DNA of 64,000 nt from Takakia lepidozioides (GCA_030704615.1 CM060734.1:29884001-29948000), one strand, 5' to 3'. Positions 37,656-49,824 are shown, numbered from the stretch's first letter. The notes: generated from the sequence alone by a model not told the origin. Numbers and translations: made by a program.

Positions 37656-38391
37656 CGCAGCCAAACACAGTCGCACAGCCAGTCACAGCCCGTCACAATT
37701 TCACACAGCCAGTCACAGCTTGACACAGCTGTCACGACCATAGGGTAACGGAGAGCAGGACAGGGAACGACTGTGGGGAACAACACTTGCAAATGGAACA
37801 TGTTAGTTCACGGACGACGGTTAGTGAGGGAAACGGTTAGAGCCACGGGTAGGAAGATGAAGGGAGAAGAAGGGATTTTGGAGGGGAGGATGATTATTCT
37901 TGGGAGCAGTTCTGGGTTCATGGTTATGCATGAGAGGGGATCGGGCGGAGAGCAAGAACGGAAGCAAAGATGGAGAGCACGGTGACGGAGGAGAGATGAT
38001 TAGTAGATGCTTGTTATATGCAAAGCTGTAGTGATATTGTAGAGCAGATTAGAGACACAATGGCTTCGGCCTGATACCTGATAAATCATAATCTGATACT
38101 TATACGATACAATCACACTGTGTAGAGAGATCTGAGTGAAGCTGTGGAATGAATTGATGAGTTGATGGAATCCGATAGATTGATGAAGCAAACTGATACT
38201 TAATTATCAATGGTAAGGTAGCTAACATGAATGCGGAAAGGGAAACAAATAGGAAACACCCCCATGATACACTAGCTGTAGGTCATGACTGATTGTTCTG
38301 CGTGGGCTGAGTACTTAGAGATTTCCAACTCTTCTATCTTGGAGTTTCCGCCTCGGATAGCGAAGGGATGGGTGAGTAAAAGCTGCGCGAC
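37656..38391 (+). mobile_element. Partial 5' LTR (copy-A type) plus the start of ORF0 from another copy
   Basis: Reverse complement of 10385-11070; followed by MTDCSAWAEYLEIS. Confidence 0.85.
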
Positions 38392-40410
38392 AGTAACATA
38401 TCCATTTTCTTTTGCAACTCTGGTCTTAGTCCACTCACAAACCAAGTCTTCTGTAAACCTGGTGCTGGTACAGCAGCCAGCTTTTTCATCATCAATTCCA
38501 TCTTTTCCATATACTCCTCAACAGTTTCATGCTTTTTTTGCTTTAACTGTTGTAAACTTCCATACACTTCATCCTCAGTTTTACTTGTCCTGAACATATT
38601 TCGGAATGCTGTATTCAAGCCATTCCAGGTTAGGAAATGATTATCAGGGAATCTTGCATACCATTCACTTGCTTTCTTTATAAGTGAACAAGGAAACAGT
38701 CTCATCTTGGCATTATCGCCATTCTCATTGTTCACAATACACATGTGCTCAAATTGGCTAATGTGTACATCAGAATCCCCTTTTCCTGAATATATTGGAA
38801 AAGGTGGTTTTGCCCGTGTTGGTTGTAACGCCATCTGGGGCCTACCTTCTGCCCATTGACAGGTGCTGGCTTGCTGGTGCTGGTCCTTGAGGACCTGTTG
38901 TAGTTGTGGTGGAACCTCCACCAAGTGCTGGCCCCTGAGCACTCCCTGCTACTGGCCCCCATATATTCACAGTATTCCCAGCTCCAGTTGCACTACTTCC
39001 CACACTCCCTGTCCCCCCAAAGCCAGATCCAGGTTGCCCGCCTGATCCCCCTGAGCCGACACCTTCGTTGGCCTGTGATCCAAGTGCTCCACTTGATCCA
39101 GGTCCAACGGGTTGGGATGTCCTGGTTGTAGTCTCAACCTCAGCTGTTGGGTCTACTTCTTCATACTCTTCCTCTTCCAATTTCTTCTCTCTATTTTCAT
39201 CTTCCAAGTTCTGCCCTTGGGTTTCTTCTTCTTCACTCATGTAACTTAATTGCAATGGTGTTGGAGAGTCTGAACTCTCCGTTGGCTCTGCCACATCCTC
39301 TCCTCCTTCTTTGTCTTCCATTTCAGAAACTGGAGTTCCTACTTTTGGTGTTCCATGCCAACTCTTATCAAAGATTTATGTCAAATCTTTTATCCAGGGA
39401 TGTACCTCAGATTTCACCTCGTGGTTGATCTTCTTCCTGTACCAATTCCCTTAATCTTTCTTGCAAAGAAAAAGAAGGAGTGGCATCCAACTCTAGTTCT
39501 TCCAGTATGGGTGATGTATTCTCTGATCTTAATGGTGTGAGAGGTCCAAATGATTCCCCTATGTCTATTCCTCTCTCCCAAAGATATGGATAATTAGCTT
39601 TCAGATAACTTTCTCTTTTTGCTGAATCTCTGGAGTCTAGCTTCTCTTTCATCACTCATGTCCCATGTCTTTCATTTAATGTGGCAATAACCAAAACTCT
39701 CTTCTGTAGTATCTCTCGTATATGCCTGGGTTTCTTTCAAGCTTCAATGCACCCTTGGCTATACTAGAAGTCTCCGTTACCATATAACCATGGCAAACAA
39801 GTCTGAAAAGTTGTTCTTGGTGTGAGTTTGATCCACAGAATATCCTTTGGAATCCAATTCTTTACCAGTACAAGCTCCTCATGCATATGAGTATAAACAT
39901 TCACCTTCCTTTCCTCCCAGCCTTCAAACTCTACTCGCTTAATGGATAGCAATGTTATCACATAAACCAGTGTTGGTAACCAATGTGCTCTTCCTCTACA
40001 GGCCACCTGATAAATCTTTATCACTCCTTTCTCCAGACCCCATCAGGGTCAACAACATCATGCACTCTCTTAAGAATGTTTTCTTTACAACCGTCTGGCA
40101 ATTCCAAGAACCTTTGAAAGAATTGTTTGGACAATCTTTCCTTCTCAGTTCCACAAGGAATTTGATTCACATCAAATTCTTTAATTCTCCAACCACCATG
40201 ATCCCACCAGATGCCTGTCACATCTGGTTGTTCATGACCCAGTTCCCTAGTATGGTCGCCAAATGTCGTGCGGCTTTTACTCACCCATCCCTTCGCTATC
40301 CGAGGTGGAAACTCCAAGATAGAAGAGTTGGATATCTCTAAGCACTCAGCCCGCTTGGAACAATCAGTCATGACGTACAGCTAGTGAATCATGGTTGTGC
40401 TTCCTATTTG
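38392..40410 (-). pseudogene. Gypsy fragment D: ORF0 and the N-terminal half of gag
   Basis: Homologous to 8500-10530. Confidence 0.9.
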
Positions 40411-40635
40411 TATTTGAGAGAAACCCCACATCCAGACCGCGTCGCAAACTGAAGCCTTTGTACTACGGGCGGCAATGCGGCAATGCCGACCAGCCGAACG
40501 GCGACAAAGCGGCAACGCGCCTTCTGTACAGGTACATACGCGTTGCCTTTCTTTGATCCGTGGCCATTGTAGTCCCTACATTTCCAGGATGTAAGTTGCA
40601 TTATGTGGCGCATGAAAATTAGTTGTGAAGCCCCT

Positions 40636-41085
40636 AGAAAAATGGCGCCGAATTTCCTGTTTCCGGCCATGGGGCGGATGGCTAACCCCCGGGGGTGGCT
40701 GACAAAGTCTGGAAATTCGGCGCCATTTTTCCAGTTCCGGGCCCGGTCATTTCTGGGACTTAGCCATTTTTGGACCCTGTACTGGAAAAATGGCGCCAGT
40801 TTTCCAGTAGAGGGTCCAAAAATGGCTAAGTCCCTGGGGCGTATGGCACATATTCTGGAAATTCGACGCCATTTTTCCAGTTCCGGGCCCCGTCATTTCT
40901 GGGACTTAGCCATTTTCGGACCCTGTACTGGAAAAATGGCGCATTTTTCCAGTACAGGGTCCGAAAATGGCTAAGTCCGTGGGGCGGATGGCACATATTT
41001 TGGAAATTCGGCGCCATTTTTCCAGTTCCGGGCCCAGTCAGATCTGGGACTTAGCCATTTTCGGACCCAGTCTGGAAAAATGGAT
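40636..41085. repeat. ~146-bp tandem repeat with GGAAATTCGGCGCCATTTTTCC and a ~80-bp hairpin, inside a putative intron (40591-41114)
   Basis: Units start at 40711, 40857 and 41002; gggacttagccatttttggaccct...agggtccaaaaatggctaagtccc; flanked by gtaagt donor and tgcag acceptor. Confidence 0.85.
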
Positions 41086-41114
41086 GTGATTCTGTCTGTG
41101 TTTTTTGAATGCAG

Positions 41115-42858
41115 GTAGTGTAAGTTCTCCCTGTTTGAGAAAGGTCATCTGTCCTTCCAGCCGCCATTCTTCCTCGCATGGAGGGACCCTGGAGCTGACT
41201 CCATGTACACTGACGTTATCGTGAAGGAGTGGCATTTGGAGCATTTGCGCGACTGCCCTTGGTATGTGGACCTTCCGCCCGGCTCGCTCGACTCATCCGA
41301 GTTCCAATTGAAGCTAGATGCGGAGGCCCCACGAAACCGGGCTCCGCTGCCTCCGCTGGGTCCAAAGGAGGCGAAAGCGCTTGCCAAGTCCAGGAAAGCG
41401 GCAGAGCTTGCTTAGGCAGGTATTCAGGAGAAATTGAATGAGAAGAATAAAGGACAAATGAAAAGGACACTGAAACAGGGGAGTAAAGTAACCCCAAAAA
41501 ACAGAAAACCACCGGGGCACCAGAGGAGGCGCAGGAGGGGCCCCAAGGGAGTGACTCCGACGACGACTTTGTGCAAGGTCCTGTGACTGCTGCTGCTGCT
41601 ACCAAGTCACCGGTCGTCCGGGTTCCCAAGTCAGTTCGGACTGGGACTGGCTCTGCCAAGAAGTTGGCATTTGAGGGCGAGCCTACACGGCCGTATTCGG
41701 CGGTGACGTTTCCGCAAAGGCCAAAGCTAGAATCCCCAACTATCATCCAATGCGTCAATGAGAGCTTTCTTGACGCTCTGGCTGCCAGGGCGAAAGAAGG
41801 TGGCACACAGCAAGTCTGGAGGAGCTGAAGGGGAAAAGCCAAGAAGAGGGCTGCTGCTACAGAGCCTAAAGACACCCTGGTTTGGAAGCCATGATGGAAT
41901 TCTTCACGGCTGTGAGCACGGATTGCAAGAGCACTCGGAGGGGGGGGGTTTGAGGTGGAGAGAGCCTGCAATATGGTTCTCCTCGATATTCGAGATGGGG
42001 AGCTGCTGGAGGGCCTGGATGGTGTGCCCACCTGGAACAGGTTTACGGAGGACTACTGGAGAGCCGGGTTTGGGCTGGCGGGGATGCTCCTGGATGACGG
42101 TGGATGTATGGTGGTCCTTGCCACAAGAGGGAAGACCACAGAGAATGTTGTGGCAAGGTGGACACCAAAAAGTGTCACCCCGGTCCTCCTAAAAAAATGG
42201 TTCTGCATCAATACGCAGGGGTTGCGAACAGAGGGCCAGAGTGTAAGTTATCAATCTATTGCATTCACTTCATATTGTGGTGTATCTAAACTAGACCCTG
42301 GAGTGGATCCCTCTTTTGTTGGATGTGCAGACATTGGTGTTTGAGGCATATTGTTTTGTGAAGAGAGGGTCTACGTTCAAATTCCGCAATGACGGTCGTC
42401 TTGTTGATGTCGTTGTGGACCCTGTTACCTACGATGTCCTCTACAACTATGTGCCCCAATCTAGTATGCCGAAGGACACAAAGACAGGCAAACCGTGGCG
42501 GTACAACCGGACCCGGAGCCCTGCTTTCATCCAAACCCTCATGGAGACGTGCTCGGATGTCCAAGGGCGGATTCTTGACCTCACATGCGGCACGGGTAAG
42601 CCTTCACGTGCACATTTTGTCCCCTGGCCCGATTGCAATTGCATGCCGCATGCTACTAACCACCCGCTTTGTCCCTCAGGTGCTTCAATGTGGGCAGGGA
42701 CGTTGTCCGACAGGCATGTCTTCGCCTTCGAGCCAGATACTGCCCTCCACAACTCTGAACTTGCAGTTGCTGAACGTCTGCCGAAAGAGGAAGAGGCATC
42801 CTTGGAGGATGAAGAAGAATCCGAGAAGGAGGTGGGGGGAGGTACAAGTTGGGATTGA
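41115..42858 (+). pseudogene. Intron-containing beta-class N6-adenine/N4-cytosine DNA methyltransferase-like gene (3' part)
   Basis: Introns 42243-42330 and 42596-42679; spliced motifs MVLLDIRDG (motif IV position, non-canonical), LLDDGGCMVV, FEAYCFVK, RSPAFIQTLMETCSDVQGRILDLTCGTGASMWAGTLSDRHVFAFEPD (motifs X-I-II). Confidence 0.75.
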
Positions 42859-43013
42859 GGCCGATGAGCCCCTGGTTTACGAGTAAGTGGTCACATTGTA
42901 AGTTGACTCTTGATTTTGTGAGGCACCTCCCTTCGCTCTCTTATTTCATTGAAAGACCCTTTTTGGCTTCTACTGGTATTGACATTCTTAAAGTGGATTG
43001 TTCTTACTTCAGG

Positions 43014-43481
43014 ATGCCAAGTACTGCAGGAGGGACGTCTACACAGCAGTTCATGGGCAGGAGGAACATGCCTTTTTTTGCCAGGGGGGATTTCATGTTG
43101 AGTCCAGAAAAGGACTACATCCTTCCTACTTATGTTGCCCGGCTTGCTTCGGTGTCCATTATGAGGTCTTCCGAACCTAGTCGTGTACAACAGATTTTAG
43201 ACGAGGCAAGCCTCAAGAAAATGAAGATGAGGGAGGAGGCAGCAGCTATTAGAGCCCGTCTGGCTCGTAGATTTGTCTTGGATTATGCTGAGGAAAGTGG
43301 GGGAGAAGAGGCAGAAGATTCCCAGGAGGTGAGGTGGACAGTCCCCCAAGGAGAGGACATAATTTTTGAGAGGCATAGTGGAACTGATGCATCACAGAGC
43401 TCGGAGGATGGGGGGGATGAGGGGGATGAGGGGGATGAGGAGGAAGGTGGGGCAAGTTCCTCGGAGGGTGTAAGAGAGTAG
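43014..43481 (+). CDS. Small acidic-tailed protein of the EVRWTVPQGED family
   Basis: Open frame from cttcagg-ATG; homologous to 17791-18190. Confidence 0.7.
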   Translation: MPSTAGGTSTQQFMGRRNMPFFARGDFMLSPEKDYILPTYVARLASVSIMRSSEPSRVQQILDEASLKKMKMREEAAAIRARLARRFVLDYAEESGGEEAEDSQEVRWTVPQGEDIIFERHSGTDASQSSEDGGDEGDEGDEEEGGASSSEGVRE

Positions 43482-43715
43482 TGCCCATTCCGGCTATGAC
43501 AATTAGGACACACTTGTATAGAAGTGGCTTGCCACAAAATTTGTAATAAAATGTTGCATTTCATTGCTATGACGAGTCGACTGGTGCCACATTCCAACTT
43601 CACATGACCCTATTTCCGTGCCTCCTAACCCTATTTCCGTGGACACACAATGGTCCGCTCATGTTTTTTTTTTTCCGCTCATGCTCATGCCGCTCATGAA
43701 AAAATCCCAAAAAAA

Positions 43716-43925
43716 CGACCGCAAAATATAGCGGTCGATCCATTTTCCAAAATTAAAAAAACAACCGACCACCACTATTGGCGGTCGCTGGATTTTCAGA
43801 AATAATAGAAATTAAAGCGACCGCCAGTAATTTTACGAAGAAACAAAAGACGATCGCTATTACATCGCGTTTACTGTATTTACAAATAATAAAAAACAAA
43901 TGCGACCGCCAGTGATGCCGGTCGC
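43716..43925. repeat. hAT subterminal hairpin repeats (left)
   Basis: gcgaccgccagtgatgccggtcgc-type units in an AT-rich context. Confidence 0.8.
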
Positions 43926-44711
43926 TGCATTACAATAAAAATGAATGCAGAGTTGGAAGCATGGCACAAATGTTTTCCATTCCACAAGCAAATCACCGAA
44001 CACAAACATGAGCAAGTGACGGTGCCTTTGGCCGACATTTTGGCTGGTATATACATGGGCAACATCTTTTATTTTCCAACACATACACAACAGCAATACA
44101 AATACTTATAGTGACAATAATCACATTAGTATTACTTCACTACAGAAATGTAAACATGTCCACTAAAATGTGCTGATGCATGCCTACAGCTGTTTTGCTT
44201 CAATTCCTTCTACTGCTTCGATGGCGGGACGAAGAAGATTCTAATCCTAATGCTCCGATGGGCTGAAATTCCGAGTCACCCTCGACTTCACCACCATTGC
44301 CATGATCAGTGCTGGAATCGTCTTCCCTATCCGACCTCATATGTCTAGGCCTTTGAATTTGCAAGCGACCTCAAACCACATTTAGTTCTCTCTGAGGTCG
44401 ACTCACACTCCGGTCTTGAATACCATCCACGGTATCTGCCCTGTTTATGGGCTGATCGCCTACAAAAGGTTGGACTGTCCTCTGTCGTTTATGGACTTGG
44501 GATGCAATCGAAGGTGGTCTCGAAGGAGGTACCGGAGGGGGGTCTGCCTGAGATGGTCCGGCATGTGAGGAACCACGGGTCTGCTGCGCAACACGTCGGT
44601 TAAGGTGGAATTGTAGTGGCAGGTTGTCATCATCCGAGGCTTCAACTTCCGCCCGGTCTAATGTAGCAGAATGATGCGTGCGTCTGGAAAACAGATCAAC
44701 CCTATTGCTCT

Positions 44712-47199
44712 TTAATGCCCGCTATGTTGATGGGGAGCTAGATCGGTTTTGGCATTGTGGTGGAGCTGGTCGTATCGGTGAGGCATGATCCCTGTCCCCA
44801 TCGACTGTACAATGGGTTTGACACCATCGTTTGTATGAACAGGGTTGCGTACGTCGCTCGGTCCTGGAAGTTCATCACCCCTAAGCTCTATTGGGGCACT
44901 ACCGGTGGCTTCAGCGTGTAGTGGGGGGCGAGGGTTGATCCCAACTTCATTTTGAGGACCATATTCTGGGGATGACACAATTGCAGCTTCACCTTCATCT
45001 GCGATACACACTTCTTCAAGAAGGTCATCAAAGGTCGGCTGGATATAAGCATCCTCCTCTGTGAATGTAAACCGGTCATACGCACTTTCGGGAGCATTAT
45101 CGGATCCATCTTTACTATCGGAGGCAGATGATTCCCTCTGAGATGATTCCCTCTGAGGCTCAGTATCGACACTCATCGAATCTACCTCAGAAGCAGAGTC
45201 TTCGGAATGCAAATTCCCCTCATACCATGTTGCAGCATCATCCGATGCCCTCTCACGTAGCAGTCGACAATTAGTATACACATACACCAATTTGTCAGCC
45301 CTCGCGGGATTCAACCTGTTGCGAATCTTGTTGTGAACAAATGAGTAACTGCTCCAATTGCGTTCGCAAGATGAGGCAGAGCACACTTGAGCAAGAATAC
45401 ATTTCGCAACTATGAAAAGACAGTTGGATAAAAAATGGGCGCAGTTTATCTTCGAGGCCAACATACCATTTAATGTGGCAAGGCTTCCGACATTTGTTTC
45501 TGCCGTAAGAGCAACCTCGGAGTCCAGATCCACGTACGTGCCTCCGACTTATCATAAGATTGCTAGAAGACGTCATGACCGAGTTTACCCAAAAGGTCAA
45601 CGATAGGACGGGCGAGTGCATCAGAAAATATGGAAGCACTATATGTGCCGATGGTTGGAGTTCTGTTACAAACAGACCGTTGTTCAATGTCCTGCTCGTA
45701 TGTCCAGCTGGAGAACAATTATTGGGATCGGTCGACACTAGCGGCGAGAAGAAAGATGGACGTTATCAATGTCAACTATTGACGGACTTCATCGAATAGG
45801 TCGGAAGTGATAGAATCGTGCAAATAAGCACAGACAATGCCGCTAACATGATAAATACTGCAGACATGTTGTTGGCACGTTATCCCCATATGTACTATCA
45901 AGGTTGTGCTGCTCATATCCTTGACCTCCTTTTGGAAGATTGGGGAAAAGAACAGTGGGTGAAACAACTTGTCAAGCGAGCGAAGACTATTGTGTCATTC
46001 ATCCGCACACACCACATCCCTTTGACAATATGTAGGAGGCACGAACCCAAATACAGCCTCCGCAATCAAAGCGAAACTCGTTTTGTCACTAACTTCTTGA
46101 TGGTGGATCGGTTGGTACGGTGAAGAGCAGTCTGGAGCATACCATCATCGATCCTCAATGGGATGCGTACACACGGATATTGCGGGACTCTAGAAAAGCC
46201 AAGTCATTGGGCAAAAGTCGAAAAGTTCAGAATAGCATTCGCAGCGATGATTTATGGAAGAAATGTGAAAACTTTGTTTATATGGTAGAGCCGATGTTAA
46301 TCGTCTTGCGGGAATTTGATGGAAAGCAACCAGTAATGGGCAAGGCATGGTTACTAATGCAAACTCTTGAGAATCACGTCCAATCCTTGAGGCATCCTCC
46401 ATTCTCCTTAGAACCTGAACTTGCGGACAGTGCTGAGGATGCATTTTACGACCGTCGTTCGATGGTTCGAACAGACTTGCATTATGCGGGGGCTTTGCTC
46501 AATCCATTCTTGCTCGACAATACCATGCTCCAAGACAACGCTGATGCCAAGGCCGGCCTCGTGCGAGTGCTCATGCGACTGGCTCCGCCGAACATGACAG
46601 AGAGAGCTATATCCGAGTACCAATGCTTCTTAGATCGCCGCGACCCTTTTGAGGATATGCCGGATCCAAAAGAGCTCAATATGTTGCCACATGAATGGTA
46701 AGATTTGATTGGAGCTGGAGCAAGAACATTGGCTGTTAAGACCGTCCTGCATGGATTGCTGCCGTAATCCTCTACTCCGTTGAAGTGTAGGGGTACAAAG
46801 AGGTATTGAAGCTGGTGTTGCTCCGGCACAACCCACTTGTCCAAGGACACCTGAAGCCTCACAAGAGTCGCCTTGGGTACTAATCGGGGCATCCTGACAG
46901 GAAGATGAAGTGTTCTGCTCAGAGGTCATGTCCAAATCCAGAGACATTGGAATATTGCCTCCACACTAGGCAAAGTGGCTTTTTACCCGCATAGATGCTT
47001 TAGGGCATAAACCCACCCCAGCGCTCTTCAAACCTCTATAGCTGAGGTGAGCGCGCAACCGATCCTTACGATAAAAAAGCTTTAATCCACATAGGTTGCA
47101 CTCAACACTACCAGTGACACTGACAGTGTTCGGGATTGCCGTATACCAAGGGCTCCATTCCTCCCTCATCTTCACCCAATATCCACTCCCCTAGGCCAT
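44712..47199 (-). pseudogene. hAT transposase (BED finger, DUF659-type core, hAT dimerisation domain) with its centre (~45408-46737) inverted
   Basis: Minus: VECNLC...RLRAHL; plus: ANIPFN, ICADGWS, ISTDNAANM, GCAAHILDLLLED, ETRF, LHYAGALLNP; minus: ILAQVCSASSCERNWSSYSFVHNKIRNRL. Confidence 0.92.
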
Positions 47200-47602
47200 A
47201 GCGATGTAAGCAACAAAAAACAGTCACATGTAAATAAACGTGTTGTGAATGTAGAGTGCAATGCGATAGCCCAACACTTCTACACCTGTCACCAACCCAA
47301 GTGGGTCGATGTGGGTTGTAGTGTTGAGCTTATACACAATCTGATAAAGTGGCTTTGGTGAAAGCCACAACGGCAAAATGTGCGCACCCTCCTCTTGGGC
47401 TACACTCTCGTTCAATGGAAGATAATATCCAAAGCAACCTCAAGTGTTTGCGCCAAAAGAAATGAGGAGCTTGGTGAACCTCCTCCCTTATATATGATCC
47501 AAGAATGATGAAAGTGAAATGAAAGTGAAATGAATAAATGACGAACCAATAGCGCCCACCCGAAAAAAGCGGTACAATCATATTTATTATAATTTTGAAA
47601 TT

Positions 47603-48112
47603 AAGCGACCGCTAATACTATGGTCGCTATTTTTATTTTTTATAAAAAACAAGCGACCGCCACTACTGCGGTCGCTTTTATTTCCTTTCATTTTGTGCAA
47701 TATTGCGGTCACTTCTATTTTGTATATTTTTAAATTTAAGCGACCGCCCGTATGGCGGTCGCTATTTTTTAAAATTTCAAAATATAATGCGACTGCCGGT
47801 ATGGCGTTCGCTTCATTTGTTAATATATTTAAAATAAAGCGACCGCCAATATGGTGGTCGCTTTTATTTTTAATATTTAAAAAAAAACCCGACCACCAAT
47901 AAGGCGGTCGCTTCATTTGTTAATATATTTAAAATAAAGCGACCGCCAATATGGTGGTCGCTTTTATTTTTAATATTTTTAAAAAAACGCGACCACCAAT
48001 AAGGCGGTCGCTTTTATTTTATACATTATTAAATTAACGCGACCGCCGGCTTGGCGGTCGCAAATATTGTATTGTTTTAAAACAAGCGACCACCGGTGTG
48101 GCGGTCGCTTTT
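47603..48112. repeat. hAT subterminal hairpin repeats (right), ~11 copies
   Basis: aagcgaccgcc-n5-ggcggtcgctt units separated by AT-rich spacers. Confidence 0.85.
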
Positions 48113-49824
48113 ATTTTCATATGGGTCAAAGCATGCTACGGTCCACCCAAAATGGACGTCCCAAGCTCTATGCGAATGCAATGCCACATAGAAGGACTGA
48201 CATGGATGTTGGATATAAGTGCATTTTGAAAGTTTAGACATGAATCATTGATCCTTATTCTGTGCTGAAAACAACGGTGGTTTTCTTTTTGGAATCCATG
48301 GAGATTTGAGCATTGAATGAAGTCCAAACGTAAAAGTATGTATGATGTCCAAAGTAAGGTTGTGGACTATATGGAATCAATTGGAGTGGTGGAAAACTTC
48401 AATTCACATAGGGATTTTAATGTCCAGTAGGAAGGTCACCGTTATACGTGGAAACCACAATGTAGCCCTAAGAATTAGTTTATGAGATATGTGAGAAATT
48501 TTCAAAATCTATCATTTTATCTTGGAACATCCTAATTCATTAGACCTTCTTCCATTCATTTTCATGCTATGGTCCTTTCATAAGAAGTGTAGCTTTCAAG
48601 ACTCCCTAAGGCACTTTACAATGATATGGAGGTTTTTATGAAGGAATGAACTGCTTGATGATTTTTCATGAAGAGAGTTACATTGGTGTATATTTTGGAA
48701 AATCTAGAAAATAATGTAACATTCACATAAGGGCAAAGGGGTTGCAGGAGACACTAAAGGTTGCTACGTATGCCATTTTGGTGAAAAAAACTAAGTCGTT
48801 CGAGCTGCCTACCGTGAGATATGGACTGCGCGGCTGCATCCGCCATGGATGCTGCATGAAAAGCTTCAAGACAACAGTCTCGCGCATGGAGTGTGCGAGA
48901 CGGCGGGTCACCCGTCGCCGGGTGGTCTATCAACGTAGATTTTCAAAATGTCTGCGCGTTTGCAAGTGTGGTCCATACACCTTTGCCCTAATGGCCTAAC
49001 GTTCTATTCGTGCTATCGATCTTCTTTCTCATATTTTTGAGTGTGCAGAGATAGCCATGCATGATATGCTTTCAGTTGTTATGTAATGCACTAGAGCGCA
49101 CAACAGCCTGGAACACGTTGGATACGGGGTGCGACACGGGCAGTATTGGCGTGCAACCTCGCCATTTCCGTATCTTCGTGCAACCTGGCCATTTCCTCCA
49201 GCATTCGGGTGTTTGGTTTTGCTCTTGTCGTACTCACTACGCACGCACATTCATTTGTCTAAATTGCTCACCTGAGTTCCAAGAAAGTGCCCTGTGTAGT
49301 ATTTATGTGATACATGTGTGAGTTTTGGAGGTTGCAATCTTTGTATAGTGATAACTAGCTGTAAGTGGTATTGTGTTTGCGTTTGTGAGGGTCACAATCT
49401 GAACCATATCAGCCCCATCTACTAGCTCAAGTCTTGGGTACGCAAGCTGCTTGTAGGTCGCGTGCACTTCAATCGCAGCTACTTACAGCCTGCGCATTAC
49501 CTCCATCTAGAATAATGTTAATCTTCCCTCAAGTTGAACGTGAGTCAGAGGATGTACTATGCGTTAGTTTGGATAGGTTCTCTATCCAGAGCTCCCGCCA
49601 CCATAGCAATCTCATGCCTTATCGTGCTCATCCTGTTTTTGAGTGGGAACCCCTACCGGCATATTGCATTGACTGCCCTATAGCAGGAGACTTGATTATA
49701 TACAGGGTCCCTCTCAAGGTGCATCCTTGGGGGTTCAAAATGATGTTGTATTGTGATGATATGCGATTTTCTTGCTGATGGTATGCGTTCTTTGCTGCTG
49801 CTGCGTTTGGTGGAATTTTACCAG

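Larger units (their letters stand above)
40411..43708 (+). mobile_element. DNA transposon 2, a 5'-truncated relative of DNA transposon 1
   Basis: Terminus gctcatg repeats at 43656-43708 match the 14564 terminus; shares the EVRWTVPQGED gene in the same orientation relative to the terminus; related palindrome. Confidence 0.7.
43709..48135 (-). mobile_element. hAT DNA transposon (left end interrupted by DNA transposon 2; right end tentative)
   Basis: Transposase flanked on both sides by GCGACCGCC-n5-GGCGGTCGC hairpin repeats; possible terminus ...gggtcaaagcatg at 48135. Confidence 0.7.

Noticed and set aside
40411-43708. Bacterial or phage contamination explaining the methylase
   Set aside because: It has spliceosomal introns, TE termini and contiguous junctions with plant-type TEs.
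48136-49800. Possible gene or Sola left terminus
   Set aside because: Only short ORFs without motifs, and no matching inverted end could be identified by eye.
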